A stretch of DNA of 64,000 bases, from the NCBI GenBank assembly GCA_009785335.1, contig WQWM01000005.1, forward strand, positions 24,597-88,596, in the 5' to 3' direction. Within the stretch, counting starts at the first letter, position 1. The number at the start of each line of letters is the position of its first letter. Both the position numbers and the translations under genes were made by a program. Shown here piece after piece: positions 9,733 through 17,508 of the stretch. The stretch is from Oscillospiraceae bacterium. GTDB taxonomy: Bacteria > Bacillota > Clostridia > Oscillospirales > Acutalibacteraceae. The notes beneath the pieces are model-generated. The model was not told the origin of the DNA. It made no database searches and worked only from the letters and a program-made list of their open reading frames with translations.

Positions 9733-10262
9733 AGCGGCAATTTTGCTGCCCGAGATCTTCATATTACCATGTTTTTATAGCTCGGGTGGCATGAATGCCA
9801 CCCCTACAGGTGCTGAATAGCCGAAAGCAACAGCAAAAACCTCGCTCCGCGAGCCTTCCTCACCCCTCGCGACTCGGGGAGCTCCTTCCAGGGGAAGGAG
9901 CTGAGGCTTAAGAGGATAACAACAGCGGAACTTTGTGTAGGGGCGGCAATTTTGCCGCCCGGGATTCTTCAATCTTACCATATGTTTTATAGCTCGGGTG
10001 GCATGAAGGCCACCCCTACAGGCACTGAATAGCCGAAAGCGACAGAAAAAACCTCGCTCCGCGAGCCTTCCTCACCCCTCGCGGCTCGGGGAGCTCCTTC
10101 CAGGGGAAGGAGCTGAGGCTTAAGAGGATAACAACAGCGGAACTTTGTGTAGGGGCGGCAATTTTGCTGCCCGGGATTCTTCAATCTTACCATATTTTTA
10201 TAGCTCGGGTGGCATGAATGCCGCCCCTACAGGTGCTGAATAGCCAAAAACAACAGCGTTTT
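9733..10262. repeat. ~212-bp composite (REP doublet + Fam-B) in ~2.5 tandem copies
   Basis: Track ORFs 9775..9981 and 9987..10193 are near-identical 68-mers offset by 212 nt. Confidence 0.9.
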
Positions 10263-10273
10263 AGGAGAATGAC

Positions 10274-11332
10274 ATGAGCAAAATTGCACGTATACAACAA
10301 TGCCTGCCCCTGCGCACCGCTGCGCTGATTGAGTGCCCGCTCAATCGGCGGTATCTGACGGGCTTTGTGTCGAGCTATGGCAGCTTGCTGGTGACGCGTG
10401 ACGCTGCTATTTTATTGACCGACAGCCGTTATATCGAAGCGGCGCAGGCGGCGGTAACATCTTGCGCGGTGGAGGAAGTGAAAACCGGGCGGCTGCAGGC
10501 GTTGTGCAAGCTGTATGGCGTGAAAAAGCTATGGCTCGAAGGCTCCGCGACACTGGAACGCGTGCGACAACTGCGCGATGCCCTGCCGGGGGTGTATATT
10601 ACCCCGGGGCGGGTGCTGGACATGCAATTGAACCAACTGCGCATGATAAAATCGAGTGATGAAGTGGAGAAGATAACCGCGGCACAGCGCATTGCTGAGG
10701 CAGCATTCGCGCAGGTGTTGCCAAGCATCGCTGTGGGCATGACCGAGCGCGAGGTTGCGCTTTCGCTTGACTTTGCGATGCTGCACGGTGGTGCCGAGCG
10801 GCTTTCGTTCGACACGATTGTGGCGGCGGGCGTGAATGGTAGCAAGCCGCACGCCGTGCCCGGAGATTACGCGTTGCAGCATGGAGATTTGATTACCATG
10901 GATTTTGGTGCTGTTGTTGATGGCTATCACAGCGACATGACGCGTACCGTTGCGCTGGGCGAGCCCTCGGCGCAGGCACGCGAGATTTATGACGTGGTGC
11001 TGATGGCACAGCAAGCTGCGCTTGAAGCCATTGCGCCTGGTGTTGCCTGCAAAGATGTGGATGCTGCGGCGCGAGAGATCATCAAGGCTGCGGGCTTTGG
11101 CAAAGAATTTCGGCATGGTACTGGCCATGGCGTTGGGCTTGCGGTGCATGAAGAACCGCGCCTTAGCGAGAAATCACGCGATGTGCTGCGCCCCGGCATG
11201 ATGGTGACGGCTGAACCAGGGATTTACTTGCCTGGCGTGTGTGGCGTGCGCATTGAAGACCTCGTTGTGGTGACGGAGGAGGGCTATGTGAATTTAACGG
11301 CGTGTGCGAAGGATTTCTCTGTTCTTTTTTGA
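10274..11332 (+). CDS. M24B family Xaa-Pro aminopeptidase/dipeptidase
   Basis: 352 aa; pita-bread metal ligands in D..DGYHSD.., HGTGHGVGLAVHEEP, EPGIY.., RIED; creatinase-like N-domain. Confidence 0.85.
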   Translation: MSKIARIQQCLPLRTAALIECPLNRRYLTGFVSSYGSLLVTRDAAILLTDSRYIEAAQAAVTSCAVEEVKTGRLQALCKLYGVKKLWLEGSATLERVRQLRDALPGVYITPGRVLDMQLNQLRMIKSSDEVEKITAAQRIAEAAFAQVLPSIAVGMTEREVALSLDFAMLHGGAERLSFDTIVAAGVNGSKPHAVPGDYALQHGDLITMDFGAVVDGYHSDMTRTVALGEPSAQAREIYDVVLMAQQAALEAIAPGVACKDVDAAAREIIKAAGFGKEFRHGTGHGVGLAVHEEPRLSEKSRDVLRPGMMVTAEPGIYLPGVCGVRIEDLVVVTEEGYVNLTACAKDFSVLF

Positions 11333-11870
11333 AAAAAAGAACCAAAAAACTTTAGTCCGCTTCGCGGGGCCCCGGCGGAGGGGAATTAGGGCTTAAACGG
11401 ATAACGGCAGCGGAACTGGTGGCGAGATGCAGGGGCGGATGTGAATCCGCCCGGGCAAAAATATTAGCTCAAGTGGTCATCCCGGGCGGCAAGATTGCCG
11501 CCCCTACAGGCTGACGCAGGCAAACGTGAAATGTGCAAGTCGCGCAGTCGGTTGATAGTCCCCCTCTTTAGAGGGGGAAAGCCGTCGAAGACGGCAAGGG
11601 GGTGCGAATCGCTCCGCGAGAACCACCCCGCGCCTCTGGGCGCACCCCTCCACGGAGGGGAATTGGGGATTATGAGGATAACGGCAGCGTTGATTGTGCT
11701 TTGGGTAGCGAATAGCCGAAAGCAACAGCAAAAACCTCGCTCCGCGAGCCTTCCTCACCCTCCCCGAGGTCGGGAGCTCCTTCCAAGGGAAGGAGCTTGG
11801 GGCTTAAACGGATAACGACAGCGAAACCGGAATAAAGCACAGCGAAGCGACCCAGCCCCACCGCAGGTGG
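11321..11870. repeat. repeat mosaic (A/T palindrome spanning pepP-like stop, REP doublet 11428-11508, Fam-E, Fam-B, Fam-D)
   Basis: Module identity. Confidence 0.8.
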
Positions 11871-11911
11871 CGACGAAAACCCCCACCAGCATCGGCGGGG
11901 GTTGTTATGTT

Positions 11912-13174
11912 TTATTCGTGGTGGTCATCCATGAAGGATTGATAGGTGTCGGGCAGCTCTTCGGCAAAGGGGACGGGCTGCGGTGCGGGAGCAGCCGGGC
12001 GTTCCTCGGCGGAAAGTTCGGCGTTGAGCTCGCTTTCGATGCGCTCGCGCAGACGCTCGTTTTCCTCCAGCAGGGGAGCAAAACGGTCTTTGGATAGGCG
12101 ATAATTCATGCCGGCTTGCAGAGCTGTGAGCTCTTGACGGAAAGTGGTGAGCTGCTGGCGGATGTCGCCGGTGGTTTCGTCAAAGGCGGCAGCGATGGTT
12201 TCGACCTGATTGAGCAGGCTGGCCGACGCTTCATTCACATGGGTGATGTTGCGGCTGGTGGACTCGGAAATGAGCTGCGCGGTTTTCATGTTATTATCTA
12301 CATAAAGGTTTGCATAGTTGAACGAAGACAGCACCATGCCGCGCAACGAGCTTTCTTTGTTGCTGCCGGGCGCGGGAAGCGCTTGCTCGGCCGTTCTCTC
12401 GGCCGTGTTCAGCTGCATGCGCAGATGCTCACATTCGTCACCCAGTTCTTGGTTGTGGTGTTGAAGTGCCTGCAACTGGGCTTGGCATTGCTCGGCCTGC
12501 TGTGACAATGCCTCATAGTCACGCTGCAGAACAGCTCGCGCTTGCTCGGCATCATAAAGCTCGTCTTGTGCGGCATTCAATTGGTCTTGCAGCATTTGCA
12601 CCGCAGCGGTATTATCTTGCGGGATGGGTGCAGCTTTGGCAGCTTGCAGCTCTGCTTGGGTGTTGCTGAGCTCGGCTTGCAGCTTGGCAACTTGCTCGGC
12701 GGATTCCGCCAGTTTGTCGAGGTGATTTTGCAGGCTGTCGATTTGCGGAGCGGGCAGGGCATCACTTTCGCGCAATTCGGCCAGCAAAGACTCACGCGCG
12801 GCTTCTTCTTGCGCGACGCGTTGCTCAAGCTGGGTGATGGTTTGGTCACGCTGGGCCAGTTGACGATCAAGCTCGAAACAACGCGCCTTGAGCGCATTGA
12901 GCTCGGCGGTTTGCGCGGCATCGTTGCCGACCAACGGCGCGTTAGCACTTTGGTTCAGCTGTTCCTCAAGCGTTTGGCATTGGGTGGTGAGTTCGCCTTT
13001 TTCGCGCTCAAGGGTTTTGGCTTGGGTATACCAAGCGTTTTTGGCGGCCTCGAGCTCTTCGATTTGCGAGAGTTGCTCGGCGTGGGCTTGTTGGCGTTGG
13101 CCAATGAAGTTCATGACGTCTTCACGGTCGAAGCCGTGCTTGCCACGGGGACGGAAGGGGAATTCTTGGGGCAT
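11912..13174 (-). CDS. DivIVA-domain coiled-coil protein (420 aa)
   Basis: Start moved to MPQEFPFRPRGKHGFDREDVMNFI (ATG after AGGAGGTCC SD); track ORF 5' extension is repeat-encoded; long Q/E/A/L heptad-rich body. Confidence 0.7.
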   Translation of the reverse strand: MPQEFPFRPRGKHGFDREDVMNFIGQRQQAHAEQLSQIEELEAAKNAWYTQAKTLEREKGELTTQCQTLEEQLNQSANAPLVGNDAAQTAELNALKARCFELDRQLAQRDQTITQLEQRVAQEEAARESLLAELRESDALPAPQIDSLQNHLDKLAESAEQVAKLQAELSNTQAELQAAKAAPIPQDNTAAVQMLQDQLNAAQDELYDAEQARAVLQRDYEALSQQAEQCQAQLQALQHHNQELGDECEHLRMQLNTAERTAEQALPAPGSNKESSLRGMVLSSFNYANLYVDNNMKTAQLISESTSRNITHVNEASASLLNQVETIAAAFDETTGDIRQQLTTFRQELTALQAGMNYRLSKDRFAPLLEENERLRERIESELNAELSAEERPAAPAPQPVPFAEELPDTYQSFMDDHHE

Positions 13175-13227
13175 GGTGGGGGACCTCCTAGGGGATTTTG
13201 ATATTGTATGCATTTTATTTAATTTGA

Positions 13228-13312
13228 AGCTCGCCCCCTCAGTCACGCTACGCGTGCCAGCTCCCCCGCAAACGGTGGAGCCCTTGGCAACAGCCGAAAG
13301 GTTGAGTTGCAC
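13228..13312. repeat. Fam-F module (..GCCAGCTCCCC..GGAGCCCTTGGCAACAGCCGAAAGGTTGAGTT..)
   Basis: Copies also at ~14978-15056, ~42393-42472 and partial in dnaX 18618-18647. Confidence 0.8.
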
Positions 13313-13487
13313 TAGGGCACCCCTTTGGGGATTGAGCGAAACCCCAAACGCAGCAGTGCAATTGTTTAAAGGGCGACTTAGTGTGACTATTATATCATAT
13401 ATTTTGTCACTTGTCTATGGGTTTTGCGAAAAAAAAGCACATTTTGTCCGACGAGTACACAGTTTTTTAAAAAAATTGAAATTTTTG

Positions 13488-13516
13488 TTGACAAAGACGC
13501 GGAGTTATGCTATACT
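13488..13516 (+). promoter_or_regulatory. cassette 1 promoter TTGACA-17-TATACT
   Basis: Same TTTTTGTTGACAA context as cassettes 2 and 3. Confidence 0.65.
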
Positions 13517-13580
13517 ACTTACGTGCGATACTTGATGTTTGAAGGTATCGTAATACATTTTATAAAGGAGAAACAAACCT

Positions 13581-14318
13581 ATGGCGAAGAAAATCTTGGC
13601 GATTGCCCTGTCGCTGGCGTTCGTGTTGACGTTCGGCTTCATGGTAATGGCTGATTACGGCAATGTAAGCATTGTTGCTTCGAGCGGCACCGTAACTGGC
13701 GACACTGGCACTGCTCCAGATGCAGACAGCGAAACTGTTGATGCGGGCACCGAACCTGAAGACAGCGAATCTGTTGACGCAGGCACCGAACCTGAAGACA
13801 GCGAATCTGTTGACGCAGGCACCGAACCTGAAGACAGCGAAACTGCTGCTGAAGGCACCGTAGCTGGCGACAGCGAAACTGCTGCTGAAGGCACCGTAGC
13901 TGGCGACAGCGAAACTGCTGCTGAAGGCACCGAACCTGAAGACAGCGAAACAGGCGACGTGCTCGGCGGTTTCGACACCGAAACCGAAGATGACGAATCT
14001 GAAGTAGGCGGCGGCATCGACACCGAAACCGAAGATGACCAATCTGAAGTAGGCGGCATCGACACCGAAACCGGAGCTGGCGAAACAGAAACTGAAGTAG
14101 CAGACAGCGAAACAGAACTCGATGTGGAAACTGAAGTTTTGGGCGGCATCGACACCGAAACCGACACCGAGACTGAAATTGACACCGAAACTGAAGCAGG
14201 CGGCACAACCGGCGGCCACGATTGGGGCACCTTCCTGCGCGCTTGGGGCTGGAGCACTCTGGCTTCTTGGGTTGTAATGGCTATCACCATCGTTATCGCG
14301 TTCTTCGTAACCCGCTAA
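13581..14318 (+). CDS. secreted, C-terminally anchored acidic-repeat protein (245 aa), cassette 1
   Basis: Signal peptide MAKKILAIALSLAFVLTFGFMVMA; 12-aa D/E/T/S repeats; W-rich box FLRAWGWSTLASWV plus TM ending AFFVTR; own promoter. Confidence 0.75.
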   Translation: MAKKILAIALSLAFVLTFGFMVMADYGNVSIVASSGTVTGDTGTAPDADSETVDAGTEPEDSESVDAGTEPEDSESVDAGTEPEDSETAAEGTVAGDSETAAEGTVAGDSETAAEGTEPEDSETGDVLGGFDTETEDDESEVGGGIDTETEDDQSEVGGIDTETGAGETETEVADSETELDVETEVLGGIDTETDTETEIDTETEAGGTTGGHDWGTFLRAWGWSTLASWVVMAITIVIAFFVTR

Positions 14319-14361
14319 CTAACCGACCACTAACACTTAACTAACTAAGGAGTACACAATT

Positions 14362-14466
14362 ATGAGTACCACATTGAAAACTCTGTTGGGCGTAGTGGCT
14401 GGCATCACAACCGTTGCGGCGATGTTCTTTGTTCCCCGCTTGGTTCTGACATGCATCTTCTGCTAA
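14362..14466 (+). CDS. 34-aa hydrophobic peptide ending LTCIFC (cassette 1 partner)
   Basis: AAGGAG SD 9 nt upstream; MSTTLKTLLGVVAGITTVAAMFFVPRLVLTCIFC; near-identical paralogue at 15477 and fused copy at end of 14610 ORF; terminator follows. Confidence 0.6.
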   Translation: MSTTLKTLLGVVAGITTVAAMFFVPRLVLTCIFC

Positions 14467-14487
14467 ACCCAGACAAAACAACGAAAA

Positions 14488-14517
14488 CTGCGAGCTTTAG
14501 GGCTCGCGGTTTTTTTA
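14488..14517 (+). terminator. intrinsic terminator after cassette 1
   Basis: 8-bp GC stem CTGCGAGC/GCTCGCGG plus T7 run. Confidence 0.75.
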
Positions 14518-14541
14518 TTGCGTTTTGCTTGCAGATTTTTG

Positions 14542-14570
14542 TTGACAAGCCGAGGAAAATATGTTATACT
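14542..14570 (+). promoter_or_regulatory. cassette 2 promoter TTGACA-17-TATACT
   Basis: Hexamers read directly. Confidence 0.65.
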
Positions 14571-14609
14571 ACCTTTGGTGGATTAATATTTAAACTAAGG
14601 AGAATTATT

Positions 14610-14885
14610 ATGACTAAGAAGTTATTGGCAGCCGTGCTGGCGCTGACGATGGTGTTTGCGTTTGGCATGGTGGCAACAGCGGACACCGGTTATTTGTGTG
14701 AATGCCCTGGCGAGGCCCTCTGCATTGAAGCTTGCGATTGCGCCGAAACCGGCGAATGCATTTGCCCAGCACCCGACTGCGGCCGCAATTGGTGGCCAAT
14801 CATTCTGGGTGTGCTCGCAGGCATCGCAACCCTTGCGTCTATGTTTTTCATCACCCGCATTTGGCTGACCTGTATTTTCTGCTAA
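14610..14885 (+). CDS. secreted Cys-rich protein fused to LTCIFC-type anchor (91 aa), cassette 2
   Basis: ATG (MTKKLLAAVLALTMVFAFGMVATA) after AAGGAGAA SD inside track ORF 14451..14885; 10 Cys in CxC-rich ectodomain; C-terminus ILGVLAGIATLASMFFITRIWLTCIFC. Confidence 0.7.
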   Translation: MTKKLLAAVLALTMVFAFGMVATADTGYLCECPGEALCIEACDCAETGECICPAPDCGRNWWPIILGVLAGIATLASMFFITRIWLTCIFC

Positions 14886-14900
14886 ATTTTAACAAACAAA

Positions 14901-14930
14901 ACAGCTTGACCTTCGGGTTGAGCTGTTTTT
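14901..14930 (+). terminator. intrinsic terminator after cassette 2
   Basis: 11-bp stem (two G-U) ACAGCTTGACC/GGTTGAGCTGT, T-run. Confidence 0.7.
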
Positions 14931-14977
14931 ATGTAGTTGATTAACTTGAAAATTATTCTATTTGGATTGTTTTGCTT

Positions 14978-15056
14978 AACCCCCCCGCGCCAGCCTGCGA
15001 CGGCACCGCCCCCCTACAGGGGGCCCTTGGCAACAGCCGAAAGGTCGAGTTTCATC
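14978..15056. repeat. Fam-F module
   Basis: ..CCCCCCTACAGGGGGCCCTTGGCAACAGCCGAAAGGTCGAGTTTC. Confidence 0.75.
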
Positions 15057-15094
15057 CGAATTGGTTAATCCACTCTATTTCCAAGTTTTTTTGG

Positions 15095-15123
15095 TTGACA
15101 AGGCGAACCAAGTGTGTTAAACT
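15095..15123 (+). promoter_or_regulatory. cassette 3 promoter TTGACA-17-TAAACT
   Basis: Hexamers read directly. Confidence 0.55.
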
Positions 15124-15175
15124 TGCACTACGACGCTTTAGTGTTGTAAATTAACGTTGAAGGAGTAGAAAGTTT

Positions 15176-15448
15176 ATGACGAAAAAACTGTTGGCAATTG
15201 CACTTGCCGTGGTGTTTGCGCTTTCGCTTGGCATGGTGGCCGCAGCAAGTGATGGCTATGTTTGTGCATGCCCGCCCGATGCCGACTGCGCCGAGTGCAT
15301 CTGCGTGGATGGCGAGTGTGTTTGCCCGCCTGAGGAAGAAGGACGTAGTCCGTTGCAGTCGTTCCTGCGCAGCTGGGGCTGGAGCTCATTGGGCTCGTGG
15401 GTTGCCATGGCTGCGACCGTTGTGATTGCGTTTTTTGTAACCCGCTAA
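15176..15448 (+). CDS. secreted Cys-rich, C-terminally anchored protein (90 aa), cassette 3
   Basis: Signal peptide MTKKLLAIALAVVFALSLGMVAAA; GYVCACPPDADCAECICVDGECVCP; FLRSWGWSSLGSWV plus TM ending AFFVTR. Confidence 0.7.
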   Translation: MTKKLLAIALAVVFALSLGMVAAASDGYVCACPPDADCAECICVDGECVCPPEEEGRSPLQSFLRSWGWSSLGSWVAMAATVVIAFFVTR

Positions 15449-15476
15449 CCCGATTAAATGATAAGGAGAAAGTAGC

Positions 15477-15581
15477 ATGAATTCAACTTTAACGACCCTG
15501 TTAGGCGTAGCAGCCGGCATCACCACGATTGCAGCAACGTTCTTTATTCCCCGCTTGGTGCTGACCTGCATTTTCTGCTAG
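15477..15581 (+). CDS. 34-aa hydrophobic peptide ending LTCIFC (cassette 3 partner)
   Basis: AAGGAGAA SD 7 nt upstream; MNSTLTTLLGVAAGITTIAATFFIPRLVLTCIFC. Confidence 0.6.
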   Translation: MNSTLTTLLGVAAGITTIAATFFIPRLVLTCIFC

Positions 15582-15582
15582 C

Positions 15583-15630
15583 CGCCACCTGCGGTGGGGC
15601 GTGGTCGCTTCGCTGTGCTTTATTACAGTT
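15583..15630. repeat. Fam-D module (CACCTGCGGTGGGGC..CGCTTCGCTGTGCTTTATTA) abutting a stop codon
   Basis: Starts about 5 nt after the TAG of the 34-aa ORF. Confidence 0.8.
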
Positions 15631-15644
15631 CGCAGAAAACCAAA

Positions 15645-15677
15645 CCAGCTTGATCTTTGATCGGGCTGGTTTTTTTA
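15645..15677 (+). terminator. intrinsic terminator after cassette 3
   Basis: 11-bp stem CCAGCTTGATC/GATCGGGCTGG, T8 run. Confidence 0.75.
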
Positions 15678-15730
15678 TGTCTAAACCCGCGTGGAAATGC
15701 ATATAGTAGCCAAGAAAGCGAGGGGAGCAT

Positions 15731-16138
15731 ATGAGTGACCACGAAACGCGAAAAGCGCATCCCATTGATGAAAAAATCGAGCGCATGCTCAGCCATGCCG
15801 CCCGCGACTTCCGTGGGATGGAAAGATTTGAAGAACCCAAGCACCATCACTCGCGCGGGTGCGGATGCCACGGCTGCGGCGGGCGTTGCCCCAAGTGCTG
15901 CCCAACATGCGCAACCGGGCCAACGGGTCCGCCAGGGCCGCAGGGCTGCCCGGGCACTGCGGGGCCCACTGGAGTGACGGGGCCAACGGGCTCTGGTGCA
16001 GGCATAACCGGACCAACTGGGCCAACTGGCCAGTGCGACCAAGACCACGTGATGCTTGGTGAAGATGATTATCTTGCGCTGAGCGACGACGAAAAGCAGC
16101 ACCCGCAGAAGCATTGGATCGTTTACCCTAATAATTGA
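15731..16138 (+). CDS. collagen-like (GPT/GxY triplet) protein with Cys-rich knot (135 aa)
   Basis: GCGCHGCGGRCPKCCPTC, then about 19 uninterrupted Gxy triplets (GPTGPPGPQGCPGTAGPTGVTGPTG...), then DYLALSDDEK tail. Confidence 0.75.
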   Translation: MSDHETRKAHPIDEKIERMLSHAARDFRGMERFEEPKHHHSRGCGCHGCGGRCPKCCPTCATGPTGPPGPQGCPGTAGPTGVTGPTGSGAGITGPTGPTGQCDQDHVMLGEDDYLALSDDEKQHPQKHWIVYPNN

Positions 16139-16158
16139 CATATAAGGAGTGATTGACT

Positions 16159-16509
16159 ATGGCAAGCGCAGTATCTTATGAGTATCTACAATCGATTCGC
16201 GGAGCAACAGGCGGGGTGGCAACCCTAGGCAACGACGGCAAGGTGCCCGCATCTCAACTTCCGCCATTTCCCCCAAGCACCTACAAAGGCGTTTTTGCCA
16301 CTGCGGGCGACTTGAACACCGCGTATCCCACCGGTAACATCGGCGAGTATGCCTATGTGACGGCAGACGGCATGTATTACTACTGGAACGATGAGCTGGC
16401 ACTTTGGGTGCAAGAGGAAATTGAGGAAAATGACTACCTTGCGTTGAGCGATGCTGCCAAGGCCGCTGTGCCTTACTTGGTTGTGCCGAACACTGTGATC
16501 ACACCATAA
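16159..16509 (+). CDS. tail-fibre-like protein (116 aa)
   Basis: ATG 8 nt after AAGGAGTG SD; ATLGNDGKVPASQLP motif common in Firmicutes phage fibre proteins; DYLALSDAAK tail shared with 15731 ORF. Confidence 0.6.
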   Translation: MASAVSYEYLQSIRGATGGVATLGNDGKVPASQLPPFPPSTYKGVFATAGDLNTAYPTGNIGEYAYVTADGMYYYWNDELALWVQEEIEENDYLALSDAAKAAVPYLVVPNTVITP

Positions 16510-16540
16510 ATTTGATGTTGCTGAAAGGATGAACCGTGCC

Positions 16541-16984
16541 ATGTGTAACGCTGTGTCATATGAATTGCTAATGGAGAAACTGCAAGCACTGACCTTGCAG
16601 CTGGAAGACATTGAAAACCTGGTCACGCAGTCGCCGCCATGGTATATCAACAGCGTTGGATCAACGTTCGCTGGCTGTGGCATTGGGATTATTCGCACAG
16701 GCAACAGCTATAATATCTGGGGCACAGGTTCGTTTAACAGCACGCAAACCTTCAGCGGCGGCAACGCTTACTATTTGGTGCAGCAAGGCCGTGCGGACTA
16801 TTTGGATGCGCTGAGCTTGTATCAAGGGCCGCCCACGGTGTTCACCGTTTGGTTTAGAACCAACAGCGGCGACACCCCGTTGCCGTTATTCTTTGACCAA
16901 ACCGGCATTTATGTGCGCACCGCCAACTCCATGACCAATGTTAGCGGCCCATTTGCCTTCACGGCAACGTTGATGTTGAACTAA
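16541..16984 (+). CDS. beta-rich protein, possible C1q/BclA-C-terminal-like head (147 aa)
   Basis: N-terminus MCNAVSYELL parallels MASAVSYEYL of preceding ORF; short coiled coil then beta-strand-rich sequence; fold assignment is inference; terminator follows. Confidence 0.55.
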   Translation: MCNAVSYELLMEKLQALTLQLEDIENLVTQSPPWYINSVGSTFAGCGIGIIRTGNSYNIWGTGSFNSTQTFSGGNAYYLVQQGRADYLDALSLYQGPPTVFTVWFRTNSGDTPLPLFFDQTGIYVRTANSMTNVSGPFAFTATLMLN

Positions 16985-16994
16985 AGCAACCACG

Positions 16995-17030
16995 AAAACC
17001 CACCTTCGCGTTGCGGGGGTGGGGTTTTTA
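16995..17030 (+). terminator. intrinsic terminator after collagen-like trio
   Basis: AAAACCCACC..GGTGGGGTTTTT hairpin. Confidence 0.7.
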
Positions 17031-17039
17031 ATGCGTAAT

Positions 17040-17400
17040 TCGTAATTGGGGCTTAAGAGATGGACATGTTGTGTAGCTTGCGGGGAGTGATACTCCCCGC
17101 CTAAAACGAACCCTTTATAGGGCGTGCGTAATACGCACGCATGGTCTCGGCGAGTGAGTGCGCGTATCACGCGCACCATATCCCACACACGTTTTAGGCG
17201 GCGCGTATTACGCGGCGCAGAACAATCGCCCTGCGAAGTCATCGCTCCGTGAACACCCCCACTCGTTGCGACGAGAGCCCCCTCTAAAAGAGGGGGCGGG
17301 GGATTAAACGGATAACGACAGCGTGACTTTCGGCTACAAGCCCTGGTCCCCCTCTTTAGAGGGGGATGTCGCCGCAGCGACAGGGGGTGCGGAGCACAAG
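17040..17400. repeat. repeat mosaic with Fam-G hairpins (GYGCGTATTACGCRC type), Fam-E and others
   Basis: GCGTGCGTAATACGCACGC, GTGCGCGTATCACGCGCAC, GCGCGTATTACGCGGCGC read directly. Confidence 0.75.
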
Positions 17401-17442
17401 CTGCAAGCAACAATGAAATCACCACGCCGCCGCAAAAATAAT

Positions 17443-17471
17443 TTGACTTTGTGCAGGGTTTGTTGTATAAT
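17443..17471 (+). promoter_or_regulatory. promoter TTGACT-17-TATAAT for dnaX
   Basis: Hexamers read directly, 38 nt upstream of start. Confidence 0.6.
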
Positions 17472-17508
17472 TAATGTAGGTAATTTTATGCGGGAAAGGC
17501 AACTTGCA

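Noticed and set aside
9775-10193. Two near-identical 68-aa minus-strand ORFs
   Set aside because: They are translations of the 212-bp tandem composite repeat. They have no SD, and the same peptides (..EGAPR.ARGEEGSRSEVF..) appear wherever Fam-B occurs.
12116-13535. Plus-strand ORFs antisense to the DivIVA-like gene (12116..12505, 12542..13201, 12888..13535)
   Set aside because: These are low-complexity antisense frames of a coiled-coil gene. They lack SDs, and the sense frame has the DivIVA-type N-terminus and an SD.
13560-14290. Three long minus-strand ORFs across the acidic-repeat gene
   Set aside because: They are antisense or alternative frames of a repetitive coding region. The plus-strand ORF has a promoter, SD, signal peptide, anchor and paralogues.
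14362-15581. Treating the terminal CIFC of the 34-aa peptides as a genuine prenylation CaaX box processed by the nearby CPBP protease
   Set aside because: Bacterial prenylation of own proteins is not established, the CPBP gene is 11 kb away in another operon, and the motif could serve metal binding, acylation or nothing. I kept it only as a speculative note.
15731-16984. Prophage or phage remnant
   Set aside because: The fibre-like motifs are present, but there are no capsid, portal, terminase, tail-tube, lysis or integrase genes on either side. I kept it as an orphan surface-filament locus instead.
17323-17508. N-terminal 62-codon extension of dnaX in the ORF track
   Set aside because: The extension is encoded by repeat mosaic and lies upstream of the TTGACT-17-TATAAT promoter. 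The canonical DnaX N-terminus MYQ.LYRKWRP-like begins at 17509.
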